56,808 nucleotides of DNA from an uncultured virus (IMG/VR IMGVR_UViG_3300038853_000032) (lineage: Duplodnaviria; Heunggongvirae; Uroviricota; Caudoviricetes), in IMG/VR virus record IMGVR_UViG_3300038853_000032; one strand, 5' to 3'. The notes under the pieces were generated by a model, which ran no database searches, was not told the DNA's origin, and saw only the letters and a list, made by a program, of their open reading frames with translations. This document shows, piece by piece, positions 43,734 to 52,836 of this stretch (within the stretch, counting starts at the first letter, position 1; every line of letters starts with the position of its first letter). The position numbers were made by a program, and so were the translations under genes.

Positions 43734-45488
43734 CTAAATTCCTACCGCATCTAAAGTAACAACAGGTATCTTCCCGCTTACTTTTCCAGGGTAATTTTTA
43801 CTCGTAACTGCAACACCATTAGCAGCGAAATAACAATTAATCACAGAAGTACTTGTGCCAATACTACTTACAATAGCTAATACCGCGGTATCCGTATTAC
43901 TCACCGTTACTGATATGCTTGGTTCTCTTTTAAAATCTTTTGAACTATAATCATAAGATACATTAGTAGCTTGAATTAACTGTTTTTTTCTAAACGTCTT
44001 ATCCAACAAATCAACAGTATAGTTAAGCTTATCTAAAAGATAATCATTTTCGACAGGGTTATTATTCTTTACTCTTAATCTAACCTGAAAATATCTAAAT
44101 TCTTGGTCTGTAGAAAGAGCTTGCATAAAGCCACTTGCTACATTGAAATTAACAAACTTTTCAACATTAACATTTCCGTGAGATGTGACATCCGAAAATA
44201 AATCCTTAGATAAAAAGACGTTCGACTTAGAAAAACGAAAATCTACATTCTGAGATATCGCTGAAGGATCGCCTTGAAAAGTTTTATCAGTTATATCTAC
44301 GTACTGAGTTAAATTAACAATAGTATAAGTAGCAGCATTTTGAGTAACATTAGGCATAGCATTAGCAGTAATATGATACCGACTAAAAACGTTATCAAGC
44401 GGGGGTCCACGATTTGTAGCTACGTATGTATTTCCTAACTCAATTGCTACTGAGTTAATTACATTAGCAATTAAAGCAAAAGAATTAGCGTTAGCAGTGT
44501 CTCCGGCAAATTGACCCTCGTTCCAAATCGCATAAACATTTCCAGAAAATATCTTAGCTTCAGGTAACGTGCTAACACCGCCACTAAGATCAGTAGCATT
44601 AGAAGTCAAACTTTTAGTAACAAAATTATCAAAAGCAATGGTTTCTGCAGAAGTAATAACGTTATTAAACAGGTACGCCCCGATTCCAACAGGATTGCCT
44701 CCTGCTCCTAAAACAATAGCCTTATCTATTAAAACATTTGCCCCCGGAACCCCAGGTCTACCTTTTTGAACATCACTTGTACCCGACCCAACCTTTCCAC
44801 CAAATCTCGTAGCACTGGACCACGTATCGGTAGTATCAACGCTACCTGCGACACTTACAATAACCTTTCCCGTAACATTAGAACCTATATCTCTTACTTG
44901 TGTTACATAATCGGCATCAGAAGTTGCAACTAAGTCATCAGGATCAGTAGTAGAACTCCAACCAGAAGAAGAAGCATTAGCATTATCAACAGGAGTACTT
45001 CGTCCAGGAACGCTTACCAATCGACTCCCATAAACCAATCCGTCAGTTACAGTATTAGCAAAACTAGCCCAATGATAATCACCAGAGTTATCATTAGTAA
45101 TATCTTCTCCAACAGCACTTGTAGCAAATGGAGTTTTAGGATCTCCCTCACTATACGCCTTGAATACATCAAGATCAGCAGGTCTTGTAGCCTGAAACTG
45201 AAAACCTATAAACTGAGAACTTCTATTACCGCTAGTATCAGTAGTAGAAACAATATAGGTATTTAGATTAAAATCAGGAATAGGTGTTACAGCGCTTGTG
45301 CCTGGCGCAGAAACTAATGCAATTTGAGGAGAGCGATTAAAAGCCGCAGCCAAAGCACTTTGATCTGCTAAATCAATAGCTCCCGCAGTAAACCTGATTT
45401 CAATATTTTCTAAATCTGGATCTATTAAAGTTCCATCTGGTTTAGTAGGAAGAGCCCAGTTAAAAACTAAGTTAGCCATTACTATCAT
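43734..45488 (-). CDS. tail tip protein, C-terminal part of a J-like central fibre
   Basis: Starts with the second half of an FnIII-like domain (LVFNW...DLENIEIR...YIVSTTDTSGNRS); 'FRYFQVRL'. Confidence 0.65.
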   Translation of the reverse strand: MIVMANLVFNWALPTKPDGTLIDPDLENIEIRFTAGAIDLADQSALAAAFNRSPQIALVSAPGTSAVTPIPDFNLNTYIVSTTDTSGNRSSQFIGFQFQATRPADLDVFKAYSEGDPKTPFATSAVGEDITNDNSGDYHWASFANTVTDGLVYGSRLVSVPGRSTPVDNANASSSGWSSTTDPDDLVATSDADYVTQVRDIGSNVTGKVIVSVAGSVDTTDTWSSATRFGGKVGSGTSDVQKGRPGVPGANVLIDKAIVLGAGGNPVGIGAYLFNNVITSAETIAFDNFVTKSLTSNATDLSGGVSTLPEAKIFSGNVYAIWNEGQFAGDTANANSFALIANVINSVAIELGNTYVATNRGPPLDNVFSRYHITANAMPNVTQNAATYTIVNLTQYVDITDKTFQGDPSAISQNVDFRFSKSNVFLSKDLFSDVTSHGNVNVEKFVNFNVASGFMQALSTDQEFRYFQVRLRVKNNNPVENDYLLDKLNYTVDLLDKTFRKKQLIQATNVSYDYSSKDFKREPSISVTVSNTDTAVLAIVSSIGTSTSVINCYFAANGVAVTSKNYPGKVSGKIPVVTLDAVGI

Positions 45489-45500
45489 TTTCCTTTTTCA

Positions 45501-47210
45501 TTAGTTTGTACCTACAATAAAGCCGCTAACATTACTCGGAGGCTCTGTTTTTCCAATTATAATCTGTGAAACTTCCGCAGGGATTCCGCGTAATTGTCTA
45601 TTTAAAGGCGTAACTCTTACAAGTAAAGTTACGTTAGTTCCAGTAAGACGGGTTACGTTTTGAATTGTATATCTAATTCTTCCATCACTTCCAACTCCGA
45701 GCCGGTCTACTTTAACCGTATTAAAAGATGCTATCGGAGTAAACTGATTAACACCCCCTATAAGCTGCGTTCCTGAAATTTTATATGAAATTTCATAATC
45801 AGTTACATTTTGATCAGTAATATCATCAAAAGAAATAGTAGCACGAGTAGATAATCCCCTAACCGTATCTATAAAGAAACTTTCAGTAATCTCTAAATTT
45901 CTCACTCTTCTAATTGGAATTTGTCTAACAAAAAGAGACCGACTAGTAAACTTACTCAATCGACCTGCAGAATTTTTATTACGAGCACGTACAGCATTTA
46001 AACCGAAAGGAACATTAGGAATGGTTTTTCTTGTTGTTTCTCCAAGAAAAATTTGTTCAAACTCTAACTGACTCGCTAACGAGTATATTTGGTTATTAGC
46101 TAGATTCCAGTTCCCAGGAAAAGTAGAAGCATTATAATCAAAACTAAATGTATTTGCTGGTTGAATAACATTACCAATAAAACCTGAAGGATTAGGAGTA
46201 ACGTTAAGAATAGTGCGTCCTCCCACATTAGCTTTTAAAGACTCTCCTAAAGTGATTCGATAAATAGTGTTAGCAGTTATCCTAGCGTTATAATCAGTAG
46301 CAAAAGCCGGATCGTAACTTACATTCGAGACAGCATATGTATTACCTGTAAAAAGAGTTATATTATCGCCTTTTTCAACTGCAGGAACAGTATAGTAAGT
46401 AGCCTCAGTTCTTGTTTTTCGTTGTGCCCCAGCAACCGATCCAAAATCAAAAGTTATAGTATCACTATCTAAAGTAAACGTATAAGAATCATCTTCTTGT
46501 TGAATCCCATCCACAAAAAATTTAATAAAATTTTTAGACTTAACATCTACTCCTAAAGGTAAAGTTTTAGCTCCTGTAAATCCAGAAACATTGTTCTCTA
46601 AAATTAACGTCTTTGTTGAGCCTGCTATATAAACATTACCAGCTTTTGGAGTGTTAGGTCTCCAACCAGAGGTAGTTGACGTGGTAGCCCCCTTTAAATG
46701 ATCTTTATCAATCAACTGTTGAAAAGTAACATAAAATGGAGGATCTTTTAATTTTAAAAATAAAGTTTTTGCCCCGGAATGATCGTTAACAATTTTTACG
46801 GTATTTGTAATAATATCAGATCCTACAATGTTATAAGTTAGTTCTGTAACAGTACCTCCAATTGATCCAGGAAAATCTGGCTGAGTAATATCAGTAGTTT
46901 TATCAATTACTGGAACAGTAACGTAATCATCACCTTTTATAGTTCCGCTAGCAGCTTTAAAAGTCTTGTCGTTAACCGCTAAAACGTGTTTATCAAAATT
47001 GTAATCATGTAACTGGTTAAATCCTACCAAAGTAAATTTAATATTACCATTTGGCCTCTTAATCGGGTCTTCATCCACTACGCTAACAGCATTAGCTAAA
47101 AGGGGAATGGAACCAAAAATAGTTTGAAAATTATTCTTTCCCAATAACACTGCAACTTGGTTATTAGAAAACTGACTAGTATTAGATGCTTTAAAATTTA
47201 AAGTCGCCAT
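45501..47210 (-). CDS. tail tip protein, middle part of a J-like fibre with FnIII-like domains
   Basis: 'VRARNKNSAGRLS', 'DYEISYK', 'VRVTPLN...RG', ends 'GKTEPPSNVSGF'. Confidence 0.65.
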   Translation of the reverse strand: MATLNFKASNTSQFSNNQVAVLLGKNNFQTIFGSIPLLANAVSVVDEDPIKRPNGNIKFTLVGFNQLHDYNFDKHVLAVNDKTFKAASGTIKGDDYVTVPVIDKTTDITQPDFPGSIGGTVTELTYNIVGSDIITNTVKIVNDHSGAKTLFLKLKDPPFYVTFQQLIDKDHLKGATTSTTSGWRPNTPKAGNVYIAGSTKTLILENNVSGFTGAKTLPLGVDVKSKNFIKFFVDGIQQEDDSYTFTLDSDTITFDFGSVAGAQRKTRTEATYYTVPAVEKGDNITLFTGNTYAVSNVSYDPAFATDYNARITANTIYRITLGESLKANVGGRTILNVTPNPSGFIGNVIQPANTFSFDYNASTFPGNWNLANNQIYSLASQLEFEQIFLGETTRKTIPNVPFGLNAVRARNKNSAGRLSKFTSRSLFVRQIPIRRVRNLEITESFFIDTVRGLSTRATISFDDITDQNVTDYEISYKISGTQLIGGVNQFTPIASFNTVKVDRLGVGSDGRIRYTIQNVTRLTGTNVTLLVRVTPLNRQLRGIPAEVSQIIIGKTEPPSNVSGFIVGTN

Positions 47211-50188
47211 TATGGATTCACCGTTAAAATGTCAGAGACTGCACTTGGTACAGCATATTCGTAAATAGTCTTAATTGCAATAGGATAGTTAGTAACATCC
47301 GTACTATCAGAAATATCAATATCAGTTACCACTCCTCCGTCTGGAAGCTGTCGAGGATTAGGTGTTAATATAAATTGCGGAGCTGGTGGCGCAACCAGAG
47401 GACTATAAGTATCTACATAACGAACTGGAGTATAATTAATAGCAGTATCTGAGTCAATATAAACATTAGCAATATACTCAGCTGCCGTAACTGTAACTTT
47501 CTCATCCTCGTCTCGTTGAACGTCGCTAACTTTAAACAACTTATCTGTAGTGTCACGGTAAAAATTGTCAGGATTAACCTCTCCTAAATTCCACATATCT
47601 CCACGAGCAGGTACGGTATTAGCTGTCCATGCAAAATTGACATTCCAAGTTCGAGTCTTTAAATCATAATATTCCAAAGCCTTAACCGTAACTGAATCTG
47701 AACCCCCACTTACGTTAGACGTTCCGTCTGCTTTAGTACCAGTACTCGTTATATCGTAATGATTATTACTAACAATATATAATCTCATATCATCATTACG
47801 ATTATTAAAAATCCGCATTCCTACTGGAAAAGTATTAGCCGTAAATACGGCGGAAGTAATAGCCGGAGCAGTAAAATGCTCTAAAAATACATTGGAAGTT
47901 TGAACAGTGTGAGTATTACTCGACCCTCTTAAAGCTGAATTTGCCCTTACTCGCCCTCCAAAACCCCAAGCAGTTCCTGCCAACCGTTGCTGAACTGCAA
48001 TCAAGTCTCCTGGTACTAAAGATAAAGCTGACGTATCAGTTTCAAACCCAATCTTTCGTCTTACAAACTTACTCGCGGCAATCATATATTGAGCGTATCT
48101 TACTGCTTGACTACGTCGTGTTACTCCAGGTAAATCCAAATTTTTAATATTTTCAATCTGGTTAAGAGTATCCACCGAGGTGGGATCATCAACCCTAATC
48201 GTTTCTCTTTTATAGTGGTTAGCTACATTAACGTAATTAACATCGCATCCTGTAATAATCTCACTTTCACTAATACCACTAATCTGTACTGAATCAGGTT
48301 TCATATTGCTTTCATTAAAAATCATAATAGGTATTTCATCAGGCATATCAATCTGTAAAGATAATTTTCCTCCGCTATATATAATGATAGCTCGAATAGT
48401 ACCACAAATCTGATTTATTAAATCAAAAGCTTGTTGCTGGTCAGCTAATAACAAGTCTAAAATAAAACGTCTTTCTTTTATATTAATACCTTCATTTATT
48501 CCTATTAAAGTTTCTCGAACTGTCCCAAACTTACCTTGAGGTTTATGCCGAAAAGTGCCATCAGAGATTCCATCTACCCCAACCCATTTTCCTGTTGCTG
48601 CATCAACTCCGTCACAGTATTGGGCTACCTTATAAAACTGAAATATGTCAATATTACCATCCGGTATTCCTAGACCATAAGTACTGTTAGTTAAGATGTC
48701 GTAAATTATCCAAGCAGGATTTTGCGTCCAAGAAAAAGTGAAGCTACCATCCCACACTCCTTTGTAAATTTGAGGATTAAGATCAGTTTTTAAAGTACCT
48801 GTTCCTGAACTTTGAAGTCGATACCCGTTTGTAGTGTAACCATTAACTCCTGTCTCGGGCAACTCCAACTCTCTCCAATCAACCTCTCCAGTAGACAATA
48901 TTGGTTGGTTATAATTACTAGGAACTTTTACTAACAAACCTTTTACCACACTGGTAAAAGTCGGTACCCCTCCTACGTGCTCATTAAAAGCTAATAAAGA
49001 ATACCCGATTACCGCCGTTCGAGGATAAGCAGAAACCTCATCCTTAACTTCTAACCATGTCTGGAAACTAATGGAATCTTGAATACGAGAAGAGTCTGAA
49101 TCGTTAGATATTTTTTTAATAGTAAATTTATAACCAGCCCTACTACGATTTGCTTTAGGAATAGGATACTGAATTTGAAACTGAAAAGGAACATTTGTTT
49201 TATTATTAAACTCACGTACTACTTTCTCTCCCAATACAGTAGTTCCCGTGCGATCAAAAACTTCAATCTGTATATTCAAATCTTTGTTAAAAATATTTCC
49301 TTGCTCATCTACTCTGGTAAGAGCCTGAATCTCAAAAGTAAAAATTAATTCTGAGTAATCATCAATACTAGTATTCTGAAGTATAACTTCCGATTTAGGA
49401 ATTCCCTCTACATTACCCTTTCTTAAAAAAACCCTACTTGCCAATTGTTGTGGAATTGCGGTTCTTTGCCCAAAAACTGGCATTTCTACCTGAGTTAAAG
49501 TTCCAGTACGAGTAATAGTTTTAAAAACATCCGTATTTTCCTGCCCATCTCCATCCAAATTAATTAAATCATCAATAGTTCCCTCGTTAATTTCAATATC
49601 TTGAGGCCCTAAAGGATTAACTCTATAAATGGGTCCTTCTCCTAGAGCGATAGTAGCAAAAACAATATCCGTCGAAAATAAATTATTTGGCTCTTCAGTA
49701 GGAGCAGGCGCAGGTGAACCTCCTCCTTTACCTCCTCCTTTATTATGAACTCGAAAACCATCGGCAAAAAATGTATGATAATCCTGAACAGTTATTATAT
49801 AAACAACTTGTTTAGGAATAGAGTTAATATACAAAATCTTTTGAGATTCGCCTTTTAAATCAACTAAGTAATCCCCAACCTCAAAGTTAAAGGCATAATC
49901 GTACTGTCCTGATGCTTTTAATACCCAATGATTCGGAGTTAATACTAAGTTAGCTGTTCCAAAAACAAACTCTATTAAATCTTGCTTCGCATGTGTTTCT
50001 ACCTCAGTAATGGGACGAGACATCACCTCTCCATCCGGAGTGTAACATAAAACTTTGTCTCCTATCTGACAGTCTTGGATAGGTGTACTGCCAGAAGGTG
50101 TTAATACTGAAGTATCTGCAGGAAAACAACCGCCTTTAGCACCCCAAATTTGAGGGGCTGCGTATGGAGTTATATATTCAATATGCAT
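47210..50188 (-). CDS. tail tip attachment protein J (lambda gpJ-like) with N-terminal Hint domain
   Basis: 'LGEGPI', 'YPRTA', 'KGLLVKVPSNY', 'Y.GVWDGSF...WTQNPAWIIYDILTN..YGLG', 'FYKVAQYCD', 'GVTRRSQAVR', 'PGDLIAV'. Confidence 0.92.
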   Translation of the reverse strand: MHIEYITPYAAPQIWGAKGGCFPADTSVLTPSGSTPIQDCQIGDKVLCYTPDGEVMSRPITEVETHAKQDLIEFVFGTANLVLTPNHWVLKASGQYDYAFNFEVGDYLVDLKGESQKILYINSIPKQVVYIITVQDYHTFFADGFRVHNKGGGKGGGSPAPAPTEEPNNLFSTDIVFATIALGEGPIYRVNPLGPQDIEINEGTIDDLINLDGDGQENTDVFKTITRTGTLTQVEMPVFGQRTAIPQQLASRVFLRKGNVEGIPKSEVILQNTSIDDYSELIFTFEIQALTRVDEQGNIFNKDLNIQIEVFDRTGTTVLGEKVVREFNNKTNVPFQFQIQYPIPKANRSRAGYKFTIKKISNDSDSSRIQDSISFQTWLEVKDEVSAYPRTAVIGYSLLAFNEHVGGVPTFTSVVKGLLVKVPSNYNQPILSTGEVDWRELELPETGVNGYTTNGYRLQSSGTGTLKTDLNPQIYKGVWDGSFTFSWTQNPAWIIYDILTNSTYGLGIPDGNIDIFQFYKVAQYCDGVDAATGKWVGVDGISDGTFRHKPQGKFGTVRETLIGINEGINIKERRFILDLLLADQQQAFDLINQICGTIRAIIIYSGGKLSLQIDMPDEIPIMIFNESNMKPDSVQISGISESEIITGCDVNYVNVANHYKRETIRVDDPTSVDTLNQIENIKNLDLPGVTRRSQAVRYAQYMIAASKFVRRKIGFETDTSALSLVPGDLIAVQQRLAGTAWGFGGRVRANSALRGSSNTHTVQTSNVFLEHFTAPAITSAVFTANTFPVGMRIFNNRNDDMRLYIVSNNHYDITSTGTKADGTSNVSGGSDSVTVKALEYYDLKTRTWNVNFAWTANTVPARGDMWNLGEVNPDNFYRDTTDKLFKVSDVQRDEDEKVTVTAAEYIANVYIDSDTAINYTPVRYVDTYSPLVAPPAPQFILTPNPRQLPDGGVVTDIDISDSTDVTNYPIAIKTIYEYAVPSAVSDILTVNP
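49742..50128 (-). other. Hint (intein-like/BIL) domain, 129 aa, inside J
   Basis: Block A 'CFPADTSV', block B 'LTPNHWV', block F 'VYIITV..YHTFFADG', block G 'VHN'; +1 residue is Lys; no endonuclease. Confidence 0.9.
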
Positions 50189-50191
50189 TAT

Positions 50192-50941
50192 CTAACTTGC
50201 TCCTGTTGGAAATTGAGTTGCTACTCTTATTGTTTCATTTCTTCCGTGCTGAAGACTTCTAATTTCTCCGCTTATAAATTGACCTGCTACCCGCGTTCTT
50301 CCGTAAATCATAGCCACCGGAGTTTGAGAAGCAGTTGTATTAGTTAAAGCTGTGAAAATTTTATTTTCTCTTCGAGCTTCAGTCTCGGTCGTTTGCTGTC
50401 CCTGCACTTTGGGTTTAGAAGGTTCCATAAAAAACCCTAAAACTCCTTGAAAAATCTGACTTATCCCAGCAAGAAATAAAGAACCAGGAGTAATACCTAA
50501 AAATCCTAAAGCCCCGGCCCCGATACCGCCAACTCCTGGCGACAGAATACCCGCTCCGACTCCCCAAATATTCGGAGCAGCAAAAAGAAACGCTGGGGGA
50601 TTAAGAGCAATAGCAATTAAAGCTACCCCAAAAAGAATTTGTCCTACTCTACCTCCCCCAATAAACAAGGGGACAATGTAAAACTCAGTATCATCTTCCG
50701 TTAAACGATTTAAAAAATAATCTTCAGTATCTAAAAGCCTTCTGCGTTTATTAGCCAAAGCCATATTTTCTAACTTAATATCCCCACTCCGAATCCGTTT
50801 CATATGGATACCCAAAGCAGGAAATAAATAACTTATAGAATTACGAACATCAATTAAGTCATTAACCTCAACAGTATGTTCTTTAACTCCGTTAGTATAC
50901 TTATGAAAATTAGGATGAAACTTAAGAGTAACAGCAGCCAT
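50192..50941 (-). CDS. tail assembly protein I (ubiquitin-like N-domain), copy 2
   Basis: 'IVPLFIGGG', hydrophobic Gly-rich middle, 'NTT....PVAMIYGRTRVAGQFIS'. Confidence 0.85.
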   Translation of the reverse strand: MAAVTLKFHPNFHKYTNGVKEHTVEVNDLIDVRNSISYLFPALGIHMKRIRSGDIKLENMALANKRRRLLDTEDYFLNRLTEDDTEFYIVPLFIGGGRVGQILFGVALIAIALNPPAFLFAAPNIWGVGAGILSPGVGGIGAGALGFLGITPGSLFLAGISQIFQGVLGFFMEPSKPKVQGQQTTETEARRENKIFTALTNTTASQTPVAMIYGRTRVAGQFISGEIRSLQHGRNETIRVATQFPTGAS

Positions 50942-51652
50942 TTACGTTGCTCCTACCGGAAAAGAGTCTGAGACTCTAACACTTTCGTTTCTCCCATGCT
51001 GAAAACTTCTAATTTCCCCGCTTATAAACTGACCGCCTACACGAGTTCTTCCATATACCATAGGGATTGGAGTATTAGAAGTTATCGTATTAGTTAAACC
51101 ACTAAAAATTTTATTATCCCGTCGAGCCTCTGTATCACTAGTCTGTTGTCCTTGAAAATCAGGTTTAGAAGGTTTCATAATATAACCTAAAATTCCAGAA
51201 AAAATTAAACTTATCCCTGCCAAATAAAAAGATCCTTGAGTCAATTCTAAAAAACCCAAAGCCCCACCAGGACCTAAAACACCTGAAGCTCCGAAAAGAA
51301 ACTGTGGTTGCCAAATCGCAATAGCAATTAACGCAGCTCCGATAATAAGTTTTCCTGCCTTGCCACCTCCAATAAAAAGAGGAACCACACTCAATTCTGT
51401 ATCGTCTTTTTTTAAATAATTTAGATTATAATCATCTCTTTGTAAAATTCTTCTATTCTTACCCACCAAAGCTATATTTTCTATTTTATTCGCTCCAGAA
51501 CGAATTCGTCTCATATGAAAACCCAAAGTAGGGAATAAAGTCTCTAATGCACTACGAACATCGACTAAGTCTTTTACCTCAACAGTATGTTGAGCAACCC
51601 CATCAGTGTATTTCTGAATATTGGGATGAAATTTAAGAGTCACTAAGGACAT
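50942..51652 (-). CDS. tail assembly protein I (ubiquitin-like N-domain), copy 1
   Basis: 'VVPLFIGGG', 'NTPIPMVYGRTRVGGQFIS'; closely similar to the adjacent copy. Confidence 0.85.
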   Translation of the reverse strand: MSLVTLKFHPNIQKYTDGVAQHTVEVKDLVDVRSALETLFPTLGFHMRRIRSGANKIENIALVGKNRRILQRDDYNLNYLKKDDTELSVVPLFIGGGKAGKLIIGAALIAIAIWQPQFLFGASGVLGPGGALGFLELTQGSFYLAGISLIFSGILGYIMKPSKPDFQGQQTSDTEARRDNKIFSGLTNTITSNTPIPMVYGRTRVGGQFISGEIRSFQHGRNESVRVSDSFPVGAT

Positions 51653-52020
51653 AGGTGTTTCTCAGTAAACTTTTTAAATCTTAATGAATCTATACTCCTA
51701 TCATACCAATATAAATAAAATTTTTCCTTCCACCCGACTACAAACCGATATTGTTCAAATGAGGTACTAGCAATATCATTTTCGCTAGGTAAAGGATTAG
51801 CTTGTCCAGGATGAGAATGGAATATTCCCCAACAATCATCGGGATGATCTACAAAAGCCATCGGATCTAAAGCAAAAAAGTTCTCAGGATCGGACGACAA
51901 ATTATCGTAAGGAACATACGAAAAATCTGTAGTAATAATGCCGCAACACTCTTTCGGATTCTCTTTCTCAGCATGCTGTTGCATACTCTTAATTAAATTT
52001 TCATATGTACCGGATTCCAT
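51643..52020 (-). CDS. stand-alone JAB/MPN+ metalloprotease (gpK N-domain)
   Basis: 'PKECCG', 'IFHSHP......PSEND'; likely start ATG 52020 (track ORF extends to 52074). Confidence 0.9.
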   Translation of the reverse strand: MESGTYENLIKSMQQHAEKENPKECCGIITTDFSYVPYDNLSSDPENFFALDPMAFVDHPDDCWGIFHSHPGQANPLPSENDIASTSFEQYRFVVGWKEKFYLYWYDRSIDSLRFKKFTEKHLCP

Positions 52021-52439
52021 TTGTAAGTTCCTATTGTGTATTGTTTGTAATAACGCCCATAAGGAGCAATCCAAGAAGAGTGATTTAACATGGTTTGTAA
52101 CATTTTATTTTTATCTACATAGATAGAACAGTGATTGGCACAATTCGTAGATCCAATAGTCATTATAATAAGACCGTATATTTCAGGAACATCAGTCTTT
52201 TCCCAACCATATCTCAAAGTTGCTCCTTTTTCAAAAGGTCTATCATGAGTTTTGTTATACCATTGTTCATCTAAAATATCACAAAAATCACTTGTATCAT
52301 AAGGAATATCAATACTCAGTTCTTGTCTATAAACTAAACGTACTAAATTAAAACAGTCTATCCCCTCATGAATGTCGTTCCCTAAATGTAAATAAGGAAA
52401 CCCAACATATTTTTCATACCACTTTTCGTCTGTAGACAC
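51993..52439 (-). CDS. NlpC/P60 protein (gpK C-domain-like)
   Basis: 'YVGFPY..G.....GIDCFNLVRLVY', 'NHCSIY'. Confidence 0.85.
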   Translation of the reverse strand: MSTDEKWYEKYVGFPYLHLGNDIHEGIDCFNLVRLVYRQELSIDIPYDTSDFCDILDEQWYNKTHDRPFEKGATLRYGWEKTDVPEIYGLIIMTIGSTNCANHCSIYVDKNKMLQTMLNHSSWIAPYGRYYKQYTIGTYKWNPVHMKI

Positions 52440-52836
52440 CGTAAATTTTTTCTCTCCAATCTTGATTTAACATATCAATTCGAGAATAGGACTTCTCTTC
52501 TATATGAATCATCATATTTTGCCCTATGTACATGCCGAAATGTAGCGGACTGCTCTTTTCACTCTTAAACATAATAACATCATACTCTTGTAACTGCGTA
52601 ATATCTTTTACTTCTGTAGCATACTCTTTAGTACACTCTAATAACCTTTGTAAAGTATAAATCTTCCACCAACGACTTTTTTGTTCAGGATGACCTTCTT
52701 TAATCTCTAAATAATCCCAAATCTTTTTAAAATCATCTCTTTGTAATTCTTCCTGATAAATGTCTGCAATTAAGGTAATACAATTAGTATTAAAATAATC
52801 GTGCTGACGACCTAAATATTTGCGATATTTTTGCAT
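52414..52836 (-). CDS. second NlpC/P60 protein
   Basis: 'NCITLIADIY', 'DVIMF', 'HFGMYIGQNMMIH'. Confidence 0.8.
   Translation of the reverse strand: MQKYRKYLGRQHDYFNTNCITLIADIYQEELQRDDFKKIWDYLEIKEGHPEQKSRWWKIYTLQRLLECTKEYATEVKDITQLQEYDVIMFKSEKSSPLHFGMYIGQNMMIHIEEKSYSRIDMLNQDWREKIYGVYRRKVV

Noticed and set aside
49742..50128. Mobile intein with homing endonuclease
   Set aside because: Only 129 aa, no LAGLIDADG or HNH motif, and no +1 Cys/Ser/Thr
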